Position numbers and translations under genes: made by a program. A stretch of 64,000 nt of DNA. It comes from Acidimicrobiia bacterium. Lineage in GTDB: Bacteria; Actinomycetota; Acidimicrobiia; Spongiisociales; ZC4RG35. Below, one piece after another: positions 27,694 to 38,260 of the stretch. The notes beneath the pieces were generated by a model. It was not told the DNA's origin. It saw nothing but the letters and a program-made list of their open reading frames with translations, and ran no database searches. The stretch is taken from the NCBI GenBank assembly GCA_035462175.1, contig DATHUP010000007.1, forward strand, positions 45-64,044, written 5' to 3'. Each line of letters begins with the position of its first letter. Positions within the stretch are counted from its first letter, which is position 1.

Positions 27694-28198
27694 GGCCGGG
27701 GATCGGATCGATCTCGACCTCGCCGGCTTCGAGGTCTACCCGGGGCACCAGGGCATCGACGAAAGGCACTTCGAATGTGGCGCTGCCCCCCTCCTGCTCG
27801 ATGCGGAGGCGATCCTGACCCGGACCGAAGACGACGTCTGCCACAACCCCGACGACACGGCCGTCAGGCTCCACGACGGCAAGCCCGATGAGGTCCTCCG
27901 GCCAAAACTCCCCCTCGCCGAGCTGACGTCGCTGTGCGACGGCGACATCGAGGCCTCGCACCGCTTCGGCCGTCTCGCGGTCGTCGATCCCCTCGAAGGC
28001 GATCTGGTAACCACGGTCGACGCGACGGATCGCACGCACGACCAGCGGACGGTCGTCGATGAAGACCGTGGCACCGGGTTGGATGCTCACGACGTCTTCC
28101 TCGTCGATATAGACACCGAGGAAGCCATCCAGGCCGTGGGGACGGCCCAGCCGCCCTATTACGAACCGCTGGCGCTCAGTCGAGGAACTCGACGCCAG
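27680..28198 (-). CDS. rimM: 16S rRNA processing protein RimM (start codon unresolved)
   Basis: Track ORF 27680..28372. The RimM core is FVIGRLGRPHGLDGFLGVYIDEED...PRC-barrel C-terminus. No in-frame ATG/GTG/TTG lies between codon 17 of the track ORF and the conserved N-terminus. The 5' end is provisionally placed at CTG 28198. Confidence 0.8.
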   Translation of the reverse strand: MASSSSTERQRFVIGRLGRPHGLDGFLGVYIDEEDVVSIQPGATVFIDDRPLVVRAIRRVDRGYQIAFEGIDDRETAEAVRGLDVAVAQRRQLGEGEFWPEDLIGLAVVEPDGRVVGVVADVVFGPGQDRLRIEQEGGSATFEVPFVDALVPRVDLEAGEVEIDPIPGLIEP

Positions 28199-28433
28199 CG
28201 TTGATGCCCTCTTCGTCTCCGGCGGCGCCGGCGGCGGCGCGGATGGCCTTGGCCACCCGGCCCCGGCGCCCGATGACGCGGCCCATGTCGCCCTTGGCGG
28301 TGCGGACCTCGGCCACGACCTCATCGGGGCCCTGCTCGACCATGGTGACCGACACCTCGTCGGGCTCCTCAACGATGCTCTTCACGACGTAGGTGACGAC
28401 GCGCTCGACGATTTCGCCTTTGGCCAAGATCAC
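28176..28433 (-). CDS. KH-domain RNA-binding protein (YlqC/UPF0109)
   Basis: 85 aa. ...[20 protein letters not shown]... (GxxG KH loop). The GTG start overlaps the rpsP stop (GTGA). Confidence 0.85.
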   Translation of the reverse strand: MILAKGEIVERVVTYVVKSIVEEPDEVSVTMVEQGPDEVVAEVRTAKGDMGRVIGRRGRVAKAIRAAAGAAGDEEGINAGVEFLD

Positions 28434-28849
28434 TCCTCCTCGGTGGCGGTGTCGGCTGCGATCTCGTCGGCGACCTCGGCGGCGATCTCGGCGCGGACCG
28501 GCTCGGTGGCTTCCGGCTCGCTGGCCTCGGGTGTCGCCTCTTCCTCCGCTGCGGCGGGAGGCTTGACGCCGACGGTGTGGATCTGGCCGGTGCGCAGCTT
28601 CATGGTGTTCAGCGCACCCGAGATGTTGAGCAGCTTCTCCACCGCCTCGGTGGGCTGGGCGCCCTTGGAGAGCCAGGAGGTGGCCTTCTCGTTGTCGATC
28701 TCGACCAGTGACGGATCTTGTTGCGGGTCGTAACGCCCGATCTGCTCGATGTAGCGGCCATCGCGCGGCGATCTGCCGTCGACCACCACGACTCGATAGG
28801 AAGGGGTCTTCTTCTTCCCCATCCGCATCAACCTCATCTTCACCGCCAT
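28430..28849 (-). CDS. rpsP: 30S ribosomal protein S16 (with Ala/Glu-rich C-terminal tail)
   Basis: 139 aa. [42 protein letters not shown].... Confidence 0.96.
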   Translation of the reverse strand: MAVKMRLMRMGKKKTPSYRVVVVDGRSPRDGRYIEQIGRYDPQQDPSLVEIDNEKATSWLSKGAQPTEAVEKLLNISGALNTMKLRTGQIHTVGVKPPAAAEEEATPEASEPEATEPVRAEIAAEVADEIAADTATEEE

Positions 28850-28853
28850 CGAT

Positions 28854-30188
28854 TCACCTCTTGGTTCGCTGCGCCGACAGGAGGCCCTGCAGAGAGGGCG
28901 TCCCCTTGCCTCCGGACAGCATCTTCATCATCTTCTGCGCCTCGCCGAACTGCTTGAGCACGCGATTCACGTCCTGCGGCCTGGTGCCCGACCCGGAGGC
29001 GATCCGGCGCTTTCGGCTGCCGCCGATGACCTTTGGGTTCCGACGCTCCTCGGGTGTCATCGATTGGATGATTGCCTCGACCCGACGCAGGTCACGGTCG
29101 TCGACATCCACCTCGCGTAGGAGCGACCCGGAGCCGGGGAGCATAGCAAGGATGTCCTTCACAGGCCCCATTCGCTTCATCGCCTGGAACTGACCGAGGA
29201 AGTCCTCGAGGGTGAATTCGCCCTTCTGGAGCTTCCTCGCCGCCTTCTCCGCCTCAGCCTCGTCGAAAGTGGCCTCCGCCTTCTCGATGAGCGAGAGGAC
29301 ATCGCCCATGCCCAGGATGCGGGAAGCCATTCTGTCGGGGTGAAACGCCTCGATGTCGTCGAGGCCCTCCCCGACGCCGGCGAACTTGACCGGGGCACCG
29401 GTGACCTCCCGGACCGAAATCACGGCCCCACCGCGGGCGTCGCCATCCAGCTTGGTGAGCACCACGCCCGTTAGACCGACCCGCTCCTGGAACCCGGCTG
29501 CGACATTGACCGCGTCCTGCCCGGTCATGGCGTCGACCACCAGCAGAACCTCGTCGGGGTCGGCCGCCTTGCGCACGTCGCCCAGCTCGCTCATGAGCTG
29601 TTCGTCGATCTGGAGCCGGCCGGCAGTGTCGACGATCACGACATCGCGACCTGTCCTCGACGCCTCCTTCATCGCCGCCTTGACCAGCCGGGCCGGCTTT
29701 CCCTTGCGATCGGTGAAGACCGGGATGTCGATACGCCCACCCAGGGTCTCCAGCTGATCGATCGCCGCCGGTCGCTGCAGGTCGGCTGCGACCAGCAGGG
29801 GCTTTCTGCCCTGTTGGGAGAGGAGCCGAGCCAGCTTCCCGGCTGTAGTGGTCTTGCCCGAGCCTTGCAGGCCGACCATGAGGATGGTCAGCGGAGGTGC
29901 GCCTCTCTCGAGTGGGGCCGTCTCCGACCCGAGAGTGGTGACCAGCTCCTCGTGGACGATCTTGATCACCTGCTGCCCCGGTGACAGGGACTTGGAGACG
30001 TCTTCGCCCAGGGCTCGCTCCTTCACCCTCCCCAGGAAGTCCCTGACCACCTTGACGTTGACGTCGGCCTCGAGAAGGGCCAGACGTACCTCACGAAGGG
30101 CGGAGTCGATGTCTCTCTCCGACAGCCGTCCCTTGCTCCGCAAGGAGGCAAAGACGGTTTCGAATCGTTGGGTGAGGCTGTCGAACAT
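28854..30188 (-). CDS. ffh: Signal recognition particle protein Ffh
   Basis: 444 aa. N/G domain with [21 protein letters not shown] and [10 protein letters not shown]. Met-rich M domain ...[14 protein letters not shown].... Confidence 0.96.
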   Translation of the reverse strand: MFDSLTQRFETVFASLRSKGRLSERDIDSALREVRLALLEADVNVKVVRDFLGRVKERALGEDVSKSLSPGQQVIKIVHEELVTTLGSETAPLERGAPPLTILMVGLQGSGKTTTAGKLARLLSQQGRKPLLVAADLQRPAAIDQLETLGGRIDIPVFTDRKGKPARLVKAAMKEASRTGRDVVIVDTAGRLQIDEQLMSELGDVRKAADPDEVLLVVDAMTGQDAVNVAAGFQERVGLTGVVLTKLDGDARGGAVISVREVTGAPVKFAGVGEGLDDIEAFHPDRMASRILGMGDVLSLIEKAEATFDEAEAEKAARKLQKGEFTLEDFLGQFQAMKRMGPVKDILAMLPGSGSLLREVDVDDRDLRRVEAIIQSMTPEERRNPKVIGGSRKRRIASGSGTRPQDVNRVLKQFGEAQKMMKMLSGGKGTPSLQGLLSAQRTKR

Positions 30189-30225
30189 CGGGCGACAACG
30201 GTAGATGGGGACCAGGTGCTATGGA

Positions 30226-31827
30226 CTAGCCCGACGCGATGTCGCGCCGTCGGAACCCGGCAAGACCGGCTCCGACCAGGACCGCAGAGATCGCAACCAG
30301 GATCGCCAGCGGCAGGACTTCGAGGTCCTCGGCAGGAAAGAGCGGGATATGGCTGAAAGGCGAGAGATTGAGAGTCCACTGCGGGAACTGGAGGATCTGG
30401 CCCAGCTGTCCCAGGATCAGGGACAGCACCAGGACACTCCAACTGAGACCGGTGCGGCTCGGAGCGAGCCCATAGAGAGCCATGGCCGTTCCGGTCAGAA
30501 CCCAGACCGCGGGCACCTGGACCATGGCCGCGCCCAGCACTCTCGTCGCCTGGCCGGCGACATCGCCTGTGATGGCTCCGTAGGTGGCGCCGGACACGAG
30601 ACCGGCCACAGCCAGGATCAAAACCGGGCCCAGGACGCCAAAGAGCAGATGGCTCCACGCCCAGCCAACCCGCGGGGTGGCGGTGGCCAGCACCGGTTCG
30701 GCCCGGAGCCCCTCTTCCTCGATCTGCAGTCGGAGAACGGCCCGGATTGCGTAGGCCGAGGTCACGATGGCGATGATCCCGACCGCGGCCGAGAAGAAGG
30801 CGTCGGTGAGCCCCTGTTCCCCACCCAGCTGCTCGAAGATCTCCAAGAGCTGGGGGTTCCCCTCGAGCATGTCCCCGACACTGTCAGCAGCGGCTCCGTA
30901 GACCCCGCCCAGCACCGCCAGGCCGGCGGTCCAGGCAAAGACAGAGCCGCGGTGGAGTCGCCAGGCGAGGCCGAGCGCGCTGCCCAAACCCGCCCCGGCG
31001 TCGGCCGGCCCCGAGCGGGGCGGGAAAGCTCCCGCACCCACGTCGCGTCTGGAGGCTATGGCAATGGCGCCAAGGATCGTGCTTGCTCCGAGAAAGCCCC
31101 AGAGCGCCAGGACCCACCACTCCTCCCCGGCGAACGGCCGGAGCCGGCTGAACCAGCCGATCGGGGAGAGCCAGGACAACCACTCCACGCTCTCGCCCCC
31201 GGAATCGCCGCCCATCCTCAGGAGGAAGGCCAGTCCGGCGGCCCCGACGGCGAGCCCCCGGGCCGTGGAAGCGGCCTCGGTGAACTGTGCTGCCAGGGCG
31301 CCCACCCCGGCAAAGGCGACGGTCACCCCCAAGAAGCCGAGACCAAAGGCGAGCGAGCCTTCCAAGGGCAGGCCGACACCGACCAGCCCCGCGGTGAGGA
31401 TCGCGCCGAGGACCACGCCGGCGCCGACGGTCACGATCATGGCCGCTGCCAGCGGAGCATTGCGACCCAATACCGTGGAACCGAGCAACTCTCGGCGGCC
31501 GGTCTCCTCTTCTTCCCGGGTGTGACGGATCATGGTCAGTACCGCCATCAGGGCCACGATGAAGGCTCCCAGAGTCCCCGATCGCCATGCGGTCAGACCT
31601 CCGATGCTCGAGTCGTAAAGGGGGCCGAGCAGCGAGGTCAGGGCGGGACTCGAGGCCACGGTTGCAGCCAAGCCCTGACGCGAGGCCTCGTCGGGATAGA
31701 GCCCGATGAAGGCGTTGGCGGTGGCGATCGGGACCAGGGCGAGGATGGAGACCCACACAGCGAGTCGAAGCCGTTCCCGCCTGAGGACGAACCGGGTGAG
31801 CTTGCCGGTTGCGGTGAACGTGCTCAC
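30226..31827 (-). CDS. ABC exporter permease, large 12-TM ABC-2-like type
   Basis: Track ORF 30226..32751 is a read-through composite. The permease begins at GTG 31827 ([32 protein letters not shown]...) and overlaps the ATPase stop (GTGA). 533 aa, multi-TM. Confidence 0.82.
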   Translation of the reverse strand: MSTFTATGKLTRFVLRRERLRLAVWVSILALVPIATANAFIGLYPDEASRQGLAATVASSPALTSLLGPLYDSSIGGLTAWRSGTLGAFIVALMAVLTMIRHTREEEETGRRELLGSTVLGRNAPLAAAMIVTVGAGVVLGAILTAGLVGVGLPLEGSLAFGLGFLGVTVAFAGVGALAAQFTEAASTARGLAVGAAGLAFLLRMGGDSGGESVEWLSWLSPIGWFSRLRPFAGEEWWVLALWGFLGASTILGAIAIASRRDVGAGAFPPRSGPADAGAGLGSALGLAWRLHRGSVFAWTAGLAVLGGVYGAAADSVGDMLEGNPQLLEIFEQLGGEQGLTDAFFSAAVGIIAIVTSAYAIRAVLRLQIEEEGLRAEPVLATATPRVGWAWSHLLFGVLGPVLILAVAGLVSGATYGAITGDVAGQATRVLGAAMVQVPAVWVLTGTAMALYGLAPSRTGLSWSVLVLSLILGQLGQILQFPQWTLNLSPFSHIPLFPAEDLEVLPLAILVAISAVLVGAGLAGFRRRDIASG

Positions 31828-32720
31828 TGACGGATCTCCCCATCCTCGTAGTGACGCATGAACAGTTCTTCGAGCGTGGGAGGATGGCTGACCAGGCTCT
31901 CCACGCCGAGCGGGGCCAGGGTCCGCACCACGTCGGCCAGCCGGTCGGAGTCGACCTCGAACTCCACGCGATGGTCGTGGAGCCGCAGGTCGTGGACACC
32001 GGCCAAGGCGGCCACTGGTGCGGGATCGGAGCCGAGCTCGGCGATGATCGTGGTCCGGGTCAGATGACGCAGCTGGCCAAGTGTCCCTGTCTCCACGGTC
32101 TTGCCCTTGCGCACGATGCTGATCCGGTCGCACAGGGCCTCGACCTCGGCCAGGATGTGGCTGGCGAGGAGCACAGTCCGACCGTTGTCGCGGTCCTCCT
32201 CGATGCACGCACGAAACTGAGCCTCCATCAGCGGGTCGAGGCCCGCAGTCGGCTCGTCGAGGATGAGAAGCTCCACGTTGGAGGCGAGAGCCGCCACCAG
32301 GGCGACCTTCTGCCGGTTTCCCTTGGAATAGGTCCGGCCCTTCTTGGTCGGATCCAGGTCGAACTGGTCGAGAAGCTGCGCCTTCTTCCCGGAGTCGAGA
32401 CCGCCCCGGAGACGGCCCAGAAGGTCGATCACCTCTCCCCCGGTGAGATTGGGCCACAGCATGACATCGCCCGGCACGTAGGCGAGACGCCGGTGGAGCT
32501 CTGTCGCCTCGCTCCAAGGATCGCCCCCGAGCAGCGAGGCAGAGCCGGCATCGTGGCGGAGGAGACCGAGAAGGACGCGGATGGTGGTGGTTTTCCCTGC
32601 CCCATTCGGGCCGAGGAAACCGTGGACCTCCCCGGTGGCCACCTCGAGGTCGAGCCCGTCGAGGGCGCGCACCTGGCCGAAGTTCTTCACCAGACCGGAG
32701 ACGGATATCGAAGTGCTCAT
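31824..32720 (-). CDS. ABC transporter ATP-binding protein (DrrA-like)
   Basis: Track ORF 31824..32870. The start is at ATG 32720 ([15 protein letters not shown]...). Walker [11 protein letters not shown], signature [12 protein letters not shown], Walker [14 protein letters not shown]. Confidence 0.92.
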   Translation of the reverse strand: MSTSISVSGLVKNFGQVRALDGLDLEVATGEVHGFLGPNGAGKTTTIRVLLGLLRHDAGSASLLGGDPWSEATELHRRLAYVPGDVMLWPNLTGGEVIDLLGRLRGGLDSGKKAQLLDQFDLDPTKKGRTYSKGNRQKVALVAALASNVELLILDEPTAGLDPLMEAQFRACIEEDRDNGRTVLLASHILAEVEALCDRISIVRKGKTVETGTLGQLRHLTRTTIIAELGSDPAPVAALAGVHDLRLHDHRVEFEVDSDRLADVVRTLAPLGVESLVSHPPTLEELFMRHYEDGEIRQ

Positions 32721-32742
32721 GACGGGCGATGATAGCACTGAG

Positions 32743-32780
32743 GCTGAACACGCGTTTAACATGCTGATCATGCGTTCAGC
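32743..32780. promoter_or_regulatory. Inverted repeat in the divergent ABC/TetR intergenic region (candidate TetR operator)
   Basis: GCTGAAC (32743..32749) pairs with GTTCAGC (32774..32780). They flank an ACGCGT palindrome and an imperfect CATGCTGATCATG palindrome. The repeat spans the TetR start codon region. Confidence 0.4.
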
Positions 32781-33426
32781 AACAGGGAGCGAAGACCTCA
32801 CCACCAGGGCCCGGATCCGTGACGCCGCCCTGTCCCGATTCCCTCGAGACGGGTTCGGTGGGACGACCATCAGGGCGGTGGCGGCCGACGCCGGCGTCTC
32901 TCCCGCTCTGGTGGTTCATCACTTCGGCTCCAAGGATGGGCTGCGCGAGGCGTGTGACCAATACGTGGTGCGTCTCTTTCGAGAGACGAAGGAGGCCGCA
33001 CTGAAGGATGAGAACCTCTTCAGCCGGTCCTTTGCCGCCACCGCCTACCAGATGGCCCAGCCGCTCCTTCGTTATCTGGGCTGGGCCTTGTCCCGGGGCC
33101 ATGAGGCGGCCGGCGAGCTGTTCGACGAGATGGTGCGCGAGGGGATCGAAGTGTCACGGATCGCCATCGCCAAGGGGCTGATCTACGACTCCCCCGATCT
33201 GGAGACGAGGGTGGCTGTCCAGATGGCGATGCAATTGGGCGCGGTGGTGATGCACTCGCACCTGCAGCGGGCACTGGACATCGATCTCCTCACCTCCGAG
33301 GGCTTGGCCGCGGTCACGCCGGCCATGCTCGAGATCTTCGGCGGGCTGTTCAAACCCGAGGTCCTGGAAGGGATCAAGGATGCCTACATCGAGGGCAGCC
33401 AGGAAGATGGATTGCTCACGGCGTAG
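32761..33426 (+). CDS. TetR-family transcriptional regulator
   Basis: Track ORF 32581..33426. The start is at ATG 32761 or 32770. N-terminal HTH ...[44 protein letters not shown].... Divergent from the ABC exporter. Confidence 0.88.
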   Translation: MLIMRSATGSEDLTTRARIRDAALSRFPRDGFGGTTIRAVAADAGVSPALVVHHFGSKDGLREACDQYVVRLFRETKEAALKDENLFSRSFAATAYQMAQPLLRYLGWALSRGHEAAGELFDEMVREGIEVSRIAIAKGLIYDSPDLETRVAVQMAMQLGAVVMHSHLQRALDIDLLTSEGLAAVTPAMLEIFGGLFKPEVLEGIKDAYIEGSQEDGLLTA

Positions 33427-33548
33427 GTAACGGCGAACCGCACCCGGCTCCGCGAACGTATTGGCTGACGCCGACGCGTATGCGAACGATTGCGTAAGGT
33501 CAGAGGAGGATTCCGGGCCCCACCGGAATCAGCGGAACGGAGGCGTCC

Positions 33549-34427
33549 ATGTATCCGAGCAAGTTCGACTATCTCGTCCCAGAGACCATCGACGACGCCC
33601 TCGGCGTCCTCGCCGAGAAAGGGCCCGAGATCAAGATCCTGGCCGGCGGGCAGAGCTTGGTGCCCATGATGAAGCTGCGGCTGGCCAACCCGCCGGCACT
33701 GCTCGACATCAACCGGCTTCCCGACCTCGACTTCATCGAGTCCTCCAACGGCCACCTTCGAATCGGCGCTCTGGTGAGGCACAACCATGTGGTCAGGTCC
33801 GACGAGGTCAAAGCCGCCAACCACACGGTGGCCGCGGCCGCCCCTTGGGTCTCCGACCCCATCGTGCGCAACCTCGGCACCGTGTGCGGGTCACTGGCCC
33901 ATCACGACCCGGAGGGAGACTGGGCCTCGGTGATGCTGGCCACGGGTGCAGAAGTCGTCCTGCGAAGCACCCAAGGGGAACGGGTGCTCCCCATCACCGA
34001 TTTCTGCGTCGACATGTTCCAGACCATGTGCCGGCCCGATGAGCTGGTGACAGAAGTCCGGGTCAACAAGCACAGCGCCCGGGGCGGCGGCGACTACCAG
34101 AAGCTGGAACGCAAAGTCGGGGACTACGCCACAGTGGGTGTGGCCACATCGCTGGAACTGGATGAGGACGGCTCGATCAGCGAAGCCGGGATCGCCCTCA
34201 CCTCGGTCTACGCCCACAATCTCAAGGTCACCGAGGCCGAGGACCTGCTCCGGGGCAATCAGCCCGGCACCGAGCTCTTCAAGGAAGCCGCCGCCATCGC
34301 CGGAGCGGCGTGCGACCCGGCCGACGATCATCGGGGAACCGCCGCCTACAAGCGACATGTGGTCGGTGTGTTCACCGAGCGGGGTCTGGCCAAGTCGCTC
34401 GAGATCGCCCAGGGAGGTCAATCGTGA
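33549..34427 (+). CDS. coxM: Carbon monoxide dehydrogenase medium (FAD-binding) subunit
   Basis: 292 aa. ...[15 protein letters not shown]...[15 protein letters not shown]...[10 protein letters not shown].... GGAGG lies 5 nt before the ATG. Confidence 0.88.
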   Translation: MYPSKFDYLVPETIDDALGVLAEKGPEIKILAGGQSLVPMMKLRLANPPALLDINRLPDLDFIESSNGHLRIGALVRHNHVVRSDEVKAANHTVAAAAPWVSDPIVRNLGTVCGSLAHHDPEGDWASVMLATGAEVVLRSTQGERVLPITDFCVDMFQTMCRPDELVTEVRVNKHSARGGGDYQKLERKVGDYATVGVATSLELDEDGSISEAGIALTSVYAHNLKVTEAEDLLRGNQPGTELFKEAAAIAGAACDPADDHRGTAAYKRHVVGVFTERGLAKSLEIAQGGQS

Positions 34428-34900
34428 ACGTCACAGTCAACATCAACGGGGCCGAGCGCTCGGCGGAGGTGGAGCCGAGGCTGCTGCTCACCGACTTCAT
34501 CCGGGTGACCCTGGGCCTCACCGGGACGCACATCGGCTGCGACACCACCAGCTGCGGCGTGTGCACCGTCCTCCTCGACGGGGTGCCGGTCAAGTCGTGC
34601 ACCGTGTTCGCAGTCCAGGCCAACGGGCGCAGCATCACCACGGTCGAGGGCCTCAAGCAGAACGGCCAGCTCTCACCGATCCAGCAGGCGTTTCACCAGG
34701 AGCACGGTCTCCAGTGCGGATTCTGCACCCCGGCAATGATGCTGGTGGGGACCGCATTGCTCGAGGAGAACCCCGACCCGACCGACGACGAGATCCGATG
34801 GGCGATATCGGGGAACCTGTGCCGGTGCACCGGATACATGAACATCGTCAAGTCGATCCAGGCAGCAGCCGCCATGAAGAGTGAGGAAGTCTCAGCATGA
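34424..34900 (+). CDS. coxS: Carbon monoxide dehydrogenase small ([2Fe-2S]) subunit
   Basis: The start is at GTG 34424 (GTGA overlap with the coxM stop), in frame with track ORF 34310..34900. Cys motifs [12 protein letters not shown] and CGFCTPAMM...GNLCRCTGY. Confidence 0.92.
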   Translation: MNVTVNINGAERSAEVEPRLLLTDFIRVTLGLTGTHIGCDTTSCGVCTVLLDGVPVKSCTVFAVQANGRSITTVEGLKQNGQLSPIQQAFHQEHGLQCGFCTPAMMLVGTALLEENPDPTDDEIRWAISGNLCRCTGYMNIVKSIQAAAAMKSEEVSA

Positions 34901-37269
34901 CCACCACCGCCGAACCACACAGCCTGTTGACGACTCCGGAGGTGAGCGGGCTCGGTCACAGCCGCAAGCGGGTCGAAGACGCCCGATTCGTCGAAGGAAG
35001 AGGCAACTACGTCGACGACATTGTGCTCCCGGGGATGTTGCACATGGCGATCCACCGCAGCCCGCTCGCCCACGCCCGCATCCTCTCCATCGACACGTCG
35101 GAAGCAGCGGCGATGGAAGGTGTGATAGCCGTGGTCACCGGCGAATTGCTGGCCGGATACAACCTGGCCTGGATGCCAACCATGTCCGGGGACACCCAGG
35201 CGGTCCTGGCCACCGACAAGGTCCGTTTCCAGGGCCAGGAGATCGCCGCGGTCATCGCCACCGACCGGTACCTGGCCCAGGACGCGGCGGACAGGATCGT
35301 GGTCGAATACGAGGAGCTGGAGTCGATCGTCACCCCGCAGCGGTCGCTGGAGCCCGACGCCCCCCTGATCCGCGACGACAAGGAGGGCCAGACCAGCAAC
35401 GAGTGCTACACCTGGGAGTCGGGCGACAAGGAAGCCACCGACGCCGCCTTCGCCCAAGCGGACAAAGTCGTGTCCCTCGATACCTTCTACCCGCGCTCGC
35501 ACCCCGCTCCGCTGGAGACCTGCGCCATCGTGGCCGACGTCAACTCGGCCACCGGTCAGGCAACGCTGTACATGACGTCTCAGGCGCCGCACGCCCACCG
35601 AACCGTGTTCGCACTGGTCGCCGGCCTCCCCGAGCAGAACATCCGGATCGTCTCCCCCGACATCGGTGGCGGGTTCGGCAACAAGGTGCCCGTCTACCCG
35701 GGGTACGTGGTGGCCACCGCCGCCTCACTGGTGATCGGCAAGCCCGTGAAGTGGGTCGAGACCAGGACCGAGAACCTGATCTCCACCGGTTTCGGCCGCG
35801 ATTACCACATGCACGGGGAGCTGGCCGTAACCAATGAGGGAAAGATCCTCGGCCTGAAGGTGGACATGCTCTCCGACCAGGGGGCCTTCTTCTCCGACGC
35901 CCAGCCCACCAAGTTCAAGGCGGGGTTGTTCCACATCGTGACCGGCTCCTACGACTATCCGGTGGCCCACGTCACCACCCGGGGCGCCTACACCAACAAG
36001 GCGCCCGGTGGTGTCGCCTATCGCTGCTCGTTCCGGGTGACCGAGGCCTCATACATGATCGAGCGCCTGGTGCAGAACGCCGCGTACGAGCTGGGGATGG
36101 ACCCGGCTGAGTTCCGGATGAATAACTTCATCAAGAAGGACCAGTTCCCCTATCTCTCCCCGACCGGGTTCGTCTACGACTCCGGCGATTACGAGGGAGC
36201 GATGAAGCTGGCCCTGGACATGGTCGGCTACGACGAGATCCAAAAAGAGAAGGAACAGGCTCGGGCCGAAGGACGTCTCGTCGGCATCGGGATCGCCTCG
36301 TTCACCGAGGTGGTCGGGGCGGGCCATGGCGACGATTACGACATCCTCGGGCTCCGCATGTTCGACTCGGCCGAGCTACGAGTGCACCCCACCGGGAAGG
36401 CGATCCTGAAGCTCGGTGTGCGCAGCCAGGGCCAGGGGCACGAGACCACCTTCGCCCAGATCGTGGCAGAGGAGCTGGGCATACCCGCATCCGACATCAA
36501 GGTCGTGGAGGGCGACACCGACAACACGCCCTACGGTCTCGGCACCTATGCCTCCCGGTCGACGCCGGTTGCCGGCGCCGCCACCGCCGTGATCGCACGA
36601 AAGCTGAGGGACAAGGCCAAGAAGATCGCGGCCCATCTCCTCGAGGCATCCGAGGACGACCTGGAGTGGGAGGTGGGCAAGTTCTCGGTCAAAGGCGACC
36701 CGGAGTCCTCGGTGACCATCCAGGACATCGCCTTCGCCGCCTACACCAATGTTCCCGAGAGCATCGAGGCCGGGCTCGAGGGGGTCCACTACTACGACCC
36801 GCCCAACATGACCTATCCGTTCGGCACCTACATCGTCGTGGTCGACATCGACCCCGACACCGGGCAGTGGAAGGTGCGGAGGATGGTGGCCGTCGACGAC
36901 TGTGGGGTGAGGATCAACCCGATGATCGTCGAAGGGCAGATCCACGGCGGGCTCACCGAAGGGTACGCCATGTCCTCGATGCAGCACATCAGCTTCGACG
37001 AGCAGGGCAACTGCATCGGCTCCAATTTCCTCGACTATCTCGTCCCAACCGCCTGGGAGACACCCCGGTTCGAGCTGGGGGCGACGGTGACCCCGTCGCC
37101 ACACCACCCGATCGGCGCCAAGGGGGTGGGTGAGTCGGCCACCGTCGGCTCCCCCGCCGCATTTGTCAACGCGGTCATCGACGCCTTGTGGCCTCTGGGT
37201 ATTCGCAACATCGACATGCCGGTGTCGGCGGACCGGGTGTGGGCGGCGATGGAAGAGGCCAAGAGCTGA
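34897..37269 (+). CDS. coxL: Carbon monoxide dehydrogenase large (Mo) subunit, form I
   Basis: 790 aa in the molybdenum hydroxylase family. The active-site loop [10 protein letters not shown] (VAYRCSFR encoded at 36013..36036) is the form-I CODH signature. ATGA overlap with coxS. Confidence 0.9.
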   Translation: MTTTAEPHSLLTTPEVSGLGHSRKRVEDARFVEGRGNYVDDIVLPGMLHMAIHRSPLAHARILSIDTSEAAAMEGVIAVVTGELLAGYNLAWMPTMSGDTQAVLATDKVRFQGQEIAAVIATDRYLAQDAADRIVVEYEELESIVTPQRSLEPDAPLIRDDKEGQTSNECYTWESGDKEATDAAFAQADKVVSLDTFYPRSHPAPLETCAIVADVNSATGQATLYMTSQAPHAHRTVFALVAGLPEQNIRIVSPDIGGGFGNKVPVYPGYVVATAASLVIGKPVKWVETRTENLISTGFGRDYHMHGELAVTNEGKILGLKVDMLSDQGAFFSDAQPTKFKAGLFHIVTGSYDYPVAHVTTRGAYTNKAPGGVAYRCSFRVTEASYMIERLVQNAAYELGMDPAEFRMNNFIKKDQFPYLSPTGFVYDSGDYEGAMKLALDMVGYDEIQKEKEQARAEGRLVGIGIASFTEVVGAGHGDDYDILGLRMFDSAELRVHPTGKAILKLGVRSQGQGHETTFAQIVAEELGIPASDIKVVEGDTDNTPYGLGTYASRSTPVAGAATAVIARKLRDKAKKIAAHLLEASEDDLEWEVGKFSVKGDPESSVTIQDIAFAAYTNVPESIEAGLEGVHYYDPPNMTYPFGTYIVVVDIDPDTGQWKVRRMVAVDDCGVRINPMIVEGQIHGGLTEGYAMSSMQHISFDEQGNCIGSNFLDYLVPTAWETPRFELGATVTPSPHHPIGAKGVGESATVGSPAAFVNAVIDALWPLGIRNIDMPVSADRVWAAMEEAKS

Positions 37270-37279
37270 GGAGTCGTAG

Positions 37280-38251
37280 ATGAACCGCGAGCTGCTCACG
37301 CTGGCGGCGGAGCTCAGTCGGCGGCACCAGCCGTTCCTGGTGGCGACCGTGGTCTGGGCCCGCGGGCCCTCGTCGGGCAAACGCGGCTCGTCGGCCATCA
37401 TCGACGCCGGGGGAAACGTCACCGGGTGGATCGGAGGTGCCTGCGCCGAGCCTGTGGTGAGACGTGAGGCCAGGGAAGCGATCGCCGATGGCAAACCGAG
37501 GCTGCTCTTCCTGGGCACTCCAGAGGACATCCGGGAGATCGATCGACCCGATGTGATCTCGGTGCCCATCTCCTGCACCAGCGAAGGCGCACTGGAGGTG
37601 TTCTTGGAACCGATGCTGCCCCAACCCCATGTCGTCGCGGTGGGACGCTCCCCGGCGGTGAAGACCCTCACCAATGTCGCCGCCGCCCTCGACTGGCGGG
37701 TGACCGTGGTCGACGACAACGGCGATCCTGCCGACCACCCCGGTGCCGGGCAGGTGATCACCTCGCTGGCCATGCCCGACGAGATCGATTCCCGCACCTC
37801 GATAGTGGTGGCCACCCAGGGCCATTACGACGAGCCGGCGTTGGAGGCGGCGCTGGGGACCGATGCCGGCTACATCGGCCTGGTGGCTTCGGCAAAGCGG
37901 GCCGAGACCGTTCTCGGCTATCTCCGCGACCGTGGCCTCCCCCGGGGGCAGCTCGACCGTATCACCGCCCCCGCCGGGATCGACCTCGGTCATATCCAGC
38001 ATCGGGAGATCGGCCTGGCCATCATCGCCGAGTTGGTGGCGATGCGCGCATCGGGCGAGATGAGCGGCGGGGCCGGTCATCAGGAGCACGTCCATACCGC
38101 CATCGACCCCGTCTGCCAGATGGAAGTGGAGGTGGCTTCCGCACGCTGGATCAGCGAGCACCAGGGCGAGACCTACTACTTCTGCGCACCAGGCTGCAAG
38201 ACGGCGTTCGAGAAGGAGCCCCTCTCCTTCTTGGCATCAGAAGCCACTTAG
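37280..38251 (+). CDS. XdhC/CoxI-family maturation protein fused to a C-terminal YHS domain
   Basis: 323 aa. XdhC N-domain ...GWIGGACAEPVV..., Rossmann-like part ...HVVAVGRSPAVKTL...ATQGHYDEPAL..., then IDPVCQMEVEVASARWISEHQGETYYFCAPGCKTAFEKEP (YHS/TRASH pattern). Confidence 0.8.
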   Translation: MNRELLTLAAELSRRHQPFLVATVVWARGPSSGKRGSSAIIDAGGNVTGWIGGACAEPVVRREAREAIADGKPRLLFLGTPEDIREIDRPDVISVPISCTSEGALEVFLEPMLPQPHVVAVGRSPAVKTLTNVAAALDWRVTVVDDNGDPADHPGAGQVITSLAMPDEIDSRTSIVVATQGHYDEPALEAALGTDAGYIGLVASAKRAETVLGYLRDRGLPRGQLDRITAPAGIDLGHIQHREIGLAIIAELVAMRASGEMSGGAGHQEHVHTAIDPVCQMEVEVASARWISEHQGETYYFCAPGCKTAFEKEPLSFLASEAT

Positions 38252-38260
38252 GCTTTCGGT

